Shown: positions 58,427 to 64,000 of the stretch, piece after piece
Layout: every line of letters begins with the position of its first letter
Numbering within the stretch: the first letter of the stretch is position 1
Assembly (NCBI GenBank): GCA_018650285.1
Contig: JABIGF010000019.1
Location: 3,086-67,085, forward strand
Origin: Methanobacteriota archaeon
GTDB lineage: Archaea; Thermoplasmatota; Poseidoniia; Poseidoniales; Thalassarchaeaceae
Reading direction: 5' to 3'
DNA length: 64,000 bases
Program-made: the position numbers and the translations under genes
The notes under the pieces: model-generated
The model's database searches: none
The model's input: only the letters and a program-made list of their open reading frames with translations
What the model was told of the DNA's origin: nothing

Positions 58427-61400
58427 CTATTGGTCTGGTATCCATTGATTTGTTTCAGGATCCCACTTCCATCCAGGATAGGTTGGCTGTGGTTCTGCTA
58501 CTGGCGCCGGCGCAGGCGCCGGCGTTGCTGCAACTGCTGGTGTTTGATTGGCTTGTCCCCATGCGTATGTGTCCTCTTCGACAACTTCTTCCTCAATGAA
58601 AGAAGGATCAGGTTCCTCTTCAAATTCTACAAAGAAGAACATGAAGACTGCTCCGAGTGCTGCCAAAGTAATCACTGCAAGAATTGCCCAAACAATCCAT
58701 CCCAGCCCACTACTACCATCTGCTGCACCTACTTGCACATCGAGTGTTTGACCAGTATTTTCACCATCATACTCAAATTTGACAGAATTCATACCGTTCT
58801 CCAATTTAGTCCCTTGAACTTCAATAGTCCAAACGCCGTTATCTCCAACAATAGTGTTGTTAAGTCGCAAACCAGTGTTCCCTGAACGTGCAATGACCTC
58901 TACCCCAGGTCTTCCTTGTCCAGTGAAGATTACAGTTTGACTCTCGCCGAGTTCATCTATCCCATCAATTCTCTCAGCACTGAATGAAACCGCTCTTACA
59001 GTGAAATCCACATTCATTGTGTATGCTGTAGAAGAGCCATCCTTTCCAACAAACTTCATTCCATCACAAGACCATAAATCCATATCAGGAGTGTGGAAAG
59101 ACATTCCTACTGGGTCATATGTTGCTTTACCATGAATATCAATTGAAATTAGGTCAGCACACAACTCGTCGTGTTGCAAATCACCATTAGCAATGATTTC
59201 AGGGTCATCGAATACATCGTAGTCAATCATATCTCCATCTTCATCACTAAAATATGGAGCAAGTTGTATGCTACCGCCATTTCCACAACGGTCCAAAGCT
59301 TGACTGCCCTCTTCACAGAAGATGATGACTTCACTTTCCCAACCTGAACTATTGAATACTGGGGCGCGATTATCTGCATCTGATGGATTATGGATAATCA
59401 CCTCTACTTCGACCCAACCGCTGTATGAATGGCCATCAAACGAACGAGCGCTGATGAGGTAGTGGAAGTCATGAATCATGTTACTAGTATCCCAAGTAGT
59501 ACTCCACAAACCATTTGCAGCAATTGATGTCACATATGGCGGAGCATTTGGTAACTCACGCATTCCATCCTGTGGATCACGAATACGGATTTCAACTCGG
59601 CTTACCTCGCCATCAGTATCGCGTGCGATACCGGAAATACCAGTATCTTCTGATGCCGTAATAACTTCGTCATTGTATGGTGCTAATAATGAAATCACTG
59701 GCTCTGCGTTACTGTTATCAATATCCAAAACAAGAGTCACGGACTGACAAGTATCAACTTCTTCCAAACAATAACCAGAATCAGAAGCCCAAATCACAAA
59801 TGTCCAATCTTCACGTACCTTTGGCATAACAGAGAAATCCCATTCCCAAGACCATGTTGTCAGTGAACCAATAGGGTTGCCAAAACTATCAAGTGGGCGT
59901 GCAATTGATGTAGTCGTAGTAGCCCAAGTTGGACTTGACATACGGAAATGAATTTCCTGAATATCACTACCTAATGCGCCATTATACGCATCACTAGAAC
60001 TACCTGAAAATACTACTTTCCCAGAATTATGCATTGAACCATTAACAGGAGATGCAATATTGATAGTTGGAGGATTGGTGTTTAACTTGATGGTCTTAGT
60101 TACAATTGGACTGTAATCTACACCATCATATGCACGGAAGTCAAATGTGTAATCACCTTCAGGTTGCTCTGACATATCATACTCAAAGTACCAATTCTTG
60201 AAAGGACGGTTATTACGAGTCACTTCACCGTTTGAACCGCTGTTGTCAGTAGCATAGCGTACATCGTTCCATGAACTAGAATCTGGAGTCTTCACTTCGA
60301 TTCTTTGCACCGCGCCCTGCTGCTCCCACTGGGCTTGTTCATCTGTTCCGAATACACCTGTCCCAACATTTCCATCCCAGGCATAACCTGTGAAGTTGAT
60401 ATTGCGAATGAACGAATGACCATCACTTTGAGTAACCACAACAGTAGGATCCAAGTTTACCATTGATAGTGTGTCCTCGTAAGTACTTGTTAGATTAAAT
60501 GAGGATTTGTGGTAACCCTTACCAAACTTGTATGCTGTAACGAAATACTTTGATAATTCACGAGTCCCTGAACCTGTTGCGCAATCGGGATCTTCAGAAT
60601 CATAAAGTAAATCTCCATCATTATCCATACCGTCAGCACAAGAATCTTCACCAACATCATCGGCAAATCCATCCGGATTATTTCCGTTACCTCTGATATC
60701 TAGGTGGAAATCTGAGGGTAGAGCAACCCATGGAGCGAATCCTTGAGAATCGGTTTTCATATTATACAAGTCATTTCCGTGTGCATCTTCTAGCATTATC
60801 GTTGCACCTGGGACTCGCACACCACCAACCGTTGCCCGAATACGAACAAGAGCGGCCTCTCTAACTTGAACGGACCAGATACTTGGTGATGCACCAGTTT
60901 CAATCTTTGAAAGAGATAATCCTGACATATTTGCATAGGTAAAAACAGTAGAATTGTTTACTGCCTGTAGAGACAATGGGAAATCTTTTGGAGGCAAGAT
61001 TTGTGTAGGAGGTAGAATGACCTGATTATCCCAGTTATTGTGCTCGAATGCCTCACCTTTGTCCCAAAGCAACTTAATTGGCATGCTTGCATTTCCGCCA
61101 GCGTATGGAGGAATTGTTTCAGATTGAACAGTCACAGAACTCTTTGTCACATTGTAAACAATGTCTGCAACACCAAGCCATTGGTTTCCAGAAAAGAACG
61201 CTAGAGAAGCATAACCATTTGCATGGTCATTAATTTTTGCACCTTCTCCGCCGACTGTAAATTGATTGTCTTGCACATTTAGAAGTGCTCCTTGAGCACG
61301 AATTGCATCTCCTGCAACATTTGACACAACATTTCTCTGAATTGTTGCACTAGCACGGAAAACATGGAAAACAGGGCAAGGGAATGATTCATCCCAAGCA

Positions 61401-62788
61401 GTTTCTGATTCACAAGTTCCTGAAACATTGTTGATGATGTTATCATTAATTGTCGCCCTTGCTACTGAAGGTGCACTGACAGACCAGCCGCTATCTTGGT
61501 AGTGGTATTCTCCAATAATGAATGGTTCTCGATTGATTTCTTGGAAGGTGTTGTTGTCAACTTCAATATCAAAAGTACCAACGCCCCAAATTCCATTGTA
61601 GCCAGTAATTGGTCCAATTACATTGTTAGTAATTCTTGCTTCAGTTTTAATCACGGAAGATGAACAACATACTACTTGTATCCCTGAACCTTCAGCAGCA
61701 CCGCTCATTACATTTCCTTCAACAAGAGCGAGTGCACCGTTGTATATAGTGACTGGAGAGTTATCACCAGTAGTGATAGTATTGTTAGACACCGTTAGAT
61801 CATAATCGTTGTTTATGACTGTACGACGGCCATTAATGTCAATACCTGTACAATCGGATTGAATTGTGTTCGCATTTACAACACCTGCAGAATCTGTGTA
61901 CCTGTAGCCATAATCTGAACTCGCTACAACACCGTGGTCAATATTTGTGAATGACTTCTGAGCCCATAATACGTGACGACCATTATCTTGAGATGTACAG
62001 CCATTTTGAGTACCAGTAAAGACTGGACTCATGAAACGAACAGGACCGCTAGGGCTTCCAGCACCGTATGTTTGAACTGCATTTCCAGCCAATGCCTCAA
62101 TAGCAGCTTCTACACCAACTTGGAAAGTACCACCATTGAAGGTCGGTGCTGCCAAATCGAGAACTAGAACACTTGAAGTATTGATATTATTGAAATTTAT
62201 CTCAGTCACTGTTGGACTTGCTCCATCAAGAATAAACGAGGCCCAGCGAACTTCACCAAGATCTGAAACATAGCGTGGCATGCCGTATGCGTTTTCAATA
62301 GTTAGATGATTAATTTTTGTTTGAGCGATGTCGATTGTATCTCGGACAAGAACGCCCTCAAAACAAGAAGGGTCAGGATTCCATAGTGGCTGACCACTTG
62401 AAGGATTAATCATCTTGTAACAGCGACCAGTTGCCGATTGATTTGCAGGGGTCGCCCATTGGAATTTAATTCTACTAGCATTACTTCCCATTCCACTTGC
62501 TCCACAAGTTGTGTCTCCCGCACATAGATTTCCCTTCACATCTAGATATGTGCCGTTTTGAAAAGTCACGGTAGTCCCTGGTTGAATAATCAATTTCGCA
62601 CCCGGTGCGATTTCAACATCTCCAGTCAAGGTGTGGCCACCTTGCCATATCTCAGTTCCAGTAATTACACCACTAGTAGTCTCGTTACTTGCTGCTGCTG
62701 TTGGTGTCAAAGTCATTAGCGCAGTCATTGTACTCATCACAAATAATGCGACGAGAAGAAAACTTGTGGTTCGATTGTTCATCTCCAT
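58427..62788 (-). CDS. Large membrane-anchored surface protein with parallel beta-helix and Ig-like domains
   Basis: Signal peptide MNNRTTSFLLVALF, Asn-ladder repeats, RAYDG/RSFDG Ig motifs, TM helix, tail YPGWKWDPETNQWIPDQ. Confidence 0.8.
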   Translation of the reverse strand: MEMNNRTTSFLLVALFVMSTMTALMTLTPTAAASNETTSGVITGTEIWQGGHTLTGDVEIAPGAKLIIQPGTTVTFQNGTYLDVKGNLCAGDTTCGASGMGSNASRIKFQWATPANQSATGRCYKMINPSSGQPLWNPDPSCFEGVLVRDTIDIAQTKINHLTIENAYGMPRYVSDLGEVRWASFILDGASPTVTEINFNNINTSSVLVLDLAAPTFNGGTFQVGVEAAIEALAGNAVQTYGAGSPSGPVRFMSPVFTGTQNGCTSQDNGRHVLWAQKSFTNIDHGVVASSDYGYRYTDSAGVVNANTIQSDCTGIDINGRRTVINNDYDLTVSNNTITTGDNSPVTIYNGALALVEGNVMSGAAEGSGIQVVCCSSSVIKTEARITNNVIGPITGYNGIWGVGTFDIEVDNNTFQEINREPFIIGEYHYQDSGWSVSAPSVARATINDNIINNVSGTCESETAWDESFPCPVFHVFRASATIQRNVVSNVAGDAIRAQGALLNVQDNQFTVGGEGAKINDHANGYASLAFFSGNQWLGVADIVYNVTKSSVTVQSETIPPYAGGNASMPIKLLWDKGEAFEHNNWDNQVILPPTQILPPKDFPLSLQAVNNSTVFTYANMSGLSLSKIETGASPSIWSVQVREAALVRIRATVGGVRVPGATIMLEDAHGNDLYNMKTDSQGFAPWVALPSDFHLDIRGNGNNPDGFADDVGEDSCADGMDNDGDLLYDSEDPDCATGSGTRELSKYFVTAYKFGKGYHKSSFNLTSTYEDTLSMVNLDPTVVVTQSDGHSFIRNINFTGYAWDGNVGTGVFGTDEQAQWEQQGAVQRIEVKTPDSSSWNDVRYATDNSGSNGEVTRNNRPFKNWYFEYDMSEQPEGDYTFDFRAYDGVDYSPIVTKTIKLNTNPPTINIASPVNGSMHNSGKVVFSGSSSDAYNGALGSDIQEIHFRMSSPTWATTTTSIARPLDSFGNPIGSLTTWSWEWDFSVMPKVREDWTFVIWASDSGYCLEEVDTCQSVTLVLDIDNSNAEPVISLLAPYNDEVITASEDTGISGIARDTDGEVSRVEIRIRDPQDGMRELPNAPPYVTSIAANGLWSTTWDTSNMIHDFHYLISARSFDGHSYSGWVEVEVIIHNPSDADNRAPVFNSSGWESEVIIFCEEGSQALDRCGNGGSIQLAPYFSDEDGDMIDYDVFDDPEIIANGDLQHDELCADLISIDIHGKATYDPVGMSFHTPDMDLWSCDGMKFVGKDGSSTAYTMNVDFTVRAVSFSAERIDGIDELGESQTVIFTGQGRPGVEVIARSGNTGLRLNNTIVGDNGVWTIEVQGTKLENGMNSVKFEYDGENTGQTLDVQVGAADGSSGLGWIVWAILAVITLAALGAVFMFFFVEFEEEPDPSFIEEEVVEEDTYAWGQANQTPAVAATPAPAPAPVAEPQPTYPGWKWDPETNQWIPDQ

Positions 62789-63032
62789 GGGTTCAAACTC
62801 CTTGTTAATCCATCGAAATTGCCCATCGGTTATAATAAAACGCCTCAATGCAATTGAAAATGTATCAAACAATAGTAAATAGTATCATTAAAAAATGGCG
62901 CCATTTGTGGCGTTTTGTATCAAATGATAGGCGAAAGTATCAACTTAGGACGGTTGAAACATGTATTATCATCTCTCAATATGTTGTGCAAGAATAGAAT
63001 AATGTATGCAAATAATACAAGGTATTCTTTTG

Positions 63033-64000
63033 TCACGATGACAAGTGCTCGCCAACCGCATCAGACCACGCTTCGGCATCAAGTGAACCGTAACCATAGC
63101 GAAGATGATGCTCGCCTTGATTTTGAAATGTTCCTGCTTGAGAAGATTCGGCCAACGCTTCTTTGATCAACTCTATTGGAGAGCGGTCACCTTGGTGCGT
63201 GGGTGTAAGTTTTGGATTGCCATCATACCTCTCCAAGATTAGCGCCAAAGAAGCGGTTACAAAGACAGTTGCATCGCTAGTACCATCACTCCTAGACCAT
63301 GTAGCACCTGTTCTCTCTGAAACAAAGGTAGAATGGATTTCAACACCTGGCGCTACCACCTCTGGTTTTTGATTCGGCCAAGACCTCATCTCACCAGATG
63401 AATTAGTCGAAGAACCTGAACTAGAATGCTCCCAAAGTGAGCCGTTACGATGGATTGCTCCTACTGAAATGACGCCGTCAACATTTGCAGGAACTGTGAC
63501 ATCAGGGTAATCCTGCCCTGCACCTCCATGATTACCTGCTGCGGCTACGACAAAGACGCCATTGTCTAATGCATCTTTCACAGCAGATTCGGTAACCCCT
63601 CCAAATGTTGAGACAAGATCTGGTTTGCCTCCCAAACTAAGACTAATGATATCAGCACCCATTGTTGTCCAACACCAATCAATGGCATTGGCAACTGCTG
63701 CTTCAGAACCAGAGCCACCATCAGCTCCTAGGGCAGCAGCCACAATCAACTGAACCTTTGGGGCGCCCCCCTCAAATGTGCCATTTGCGGCTAATATCCC
63801 AGCCATCATGGTACCATGAGATTGGGTCAAATCATTATCGTGTGGATTGACTTCATTCTCATGAATAAAATCTTTGAACCCAACTAAATTGACGGCTATC
63901 AAATCAGGATGTGTATTATCAATTCCTGTGTCAACAATACAAACACGAACTCCAGCGCCACTAAATCCATCTTCGTTTAATTCACGGATACCAGTATTGA
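63033..64000 (-). CDS. S8 serine peptidase (5' end outside the window)
   Basis: Frame open to the edge: GVRVCIVDTGID, HGTMMAG, AAAGNHG, DGTSDAT. Confidence 0.9.
   Translation of the reverse strand, partial: NTGIRELNEDGFSGAGVRVCIVDTGIDNTHPDLIAVNLVGFKDFIHENEVNPHDNDLTQSHGTMMAGILAANGTFEGGAPKVQLIVAAALGADGGSGSEAAVANAIDWCWTTMGADIISLSLGGKPDLVSTFGGVTESAVKDALDNGVFVVAAAGNHGGAGQDYPDVTVPANVDGVISVGAIHRNGSLWEHSSSGSSTNSSGEMRSWPNQKPEVVAPGVEIHSTFVSERTGATWSRSDGTSDATVFVTASLALILERYDGNPKLTPTHQGDRSPIELIKEALAESSQAGTFQNQGEHHLRYGYGSLDAEAWSDAVGEHLSS

Noticed and set aside
1-64000. Numerous short antisense or nested ORFs; CRISPR arrays, rRNA, IS elements
   Set aside because: The short ORFs shadow long motif-supported genes; no repeat-spacer array, rRNA or transposase motif was recognised

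Overview
Archaeal chromosomal window, most consistent with Marine Group II (Poseidoniales, Thermoplasmatota). This is inferred from the archaeal uS15, Rpp21, ArcS, type II GAPDH, RNase HII, GluRS and PheT genes, plus many very large membrane-anchored surface proteins, S8 peptidases and pilin-like genes. Most of it is ordinary housekeeping and cell-surface content. The exception is a ~4.3 kb accessory segment (29093-33438) with this layout: TATA-like promoter, then an unannotated 26-codon leader ORF (MCQEKFIRGGRLRRRVRFNECTFEAL) whose Arg run contains all four CGN codons, then overlapping alternative hairpins, then two atypical tRNA-Arg genes (TCG and GCG, together decoding the CGN box), then six closely spaced or overlapping genes (GNAT, C39-like protease, methyltransferase-like and three unknowns). 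By my manual count all 57 Arg codons in those six genes are AGA/AGG, whereas the flanking host genes use CGN freely. This looks like a candidate CGN-decoding sensor and back-up module. The function is inference. All product calls come from motif recognition, with no database searches.
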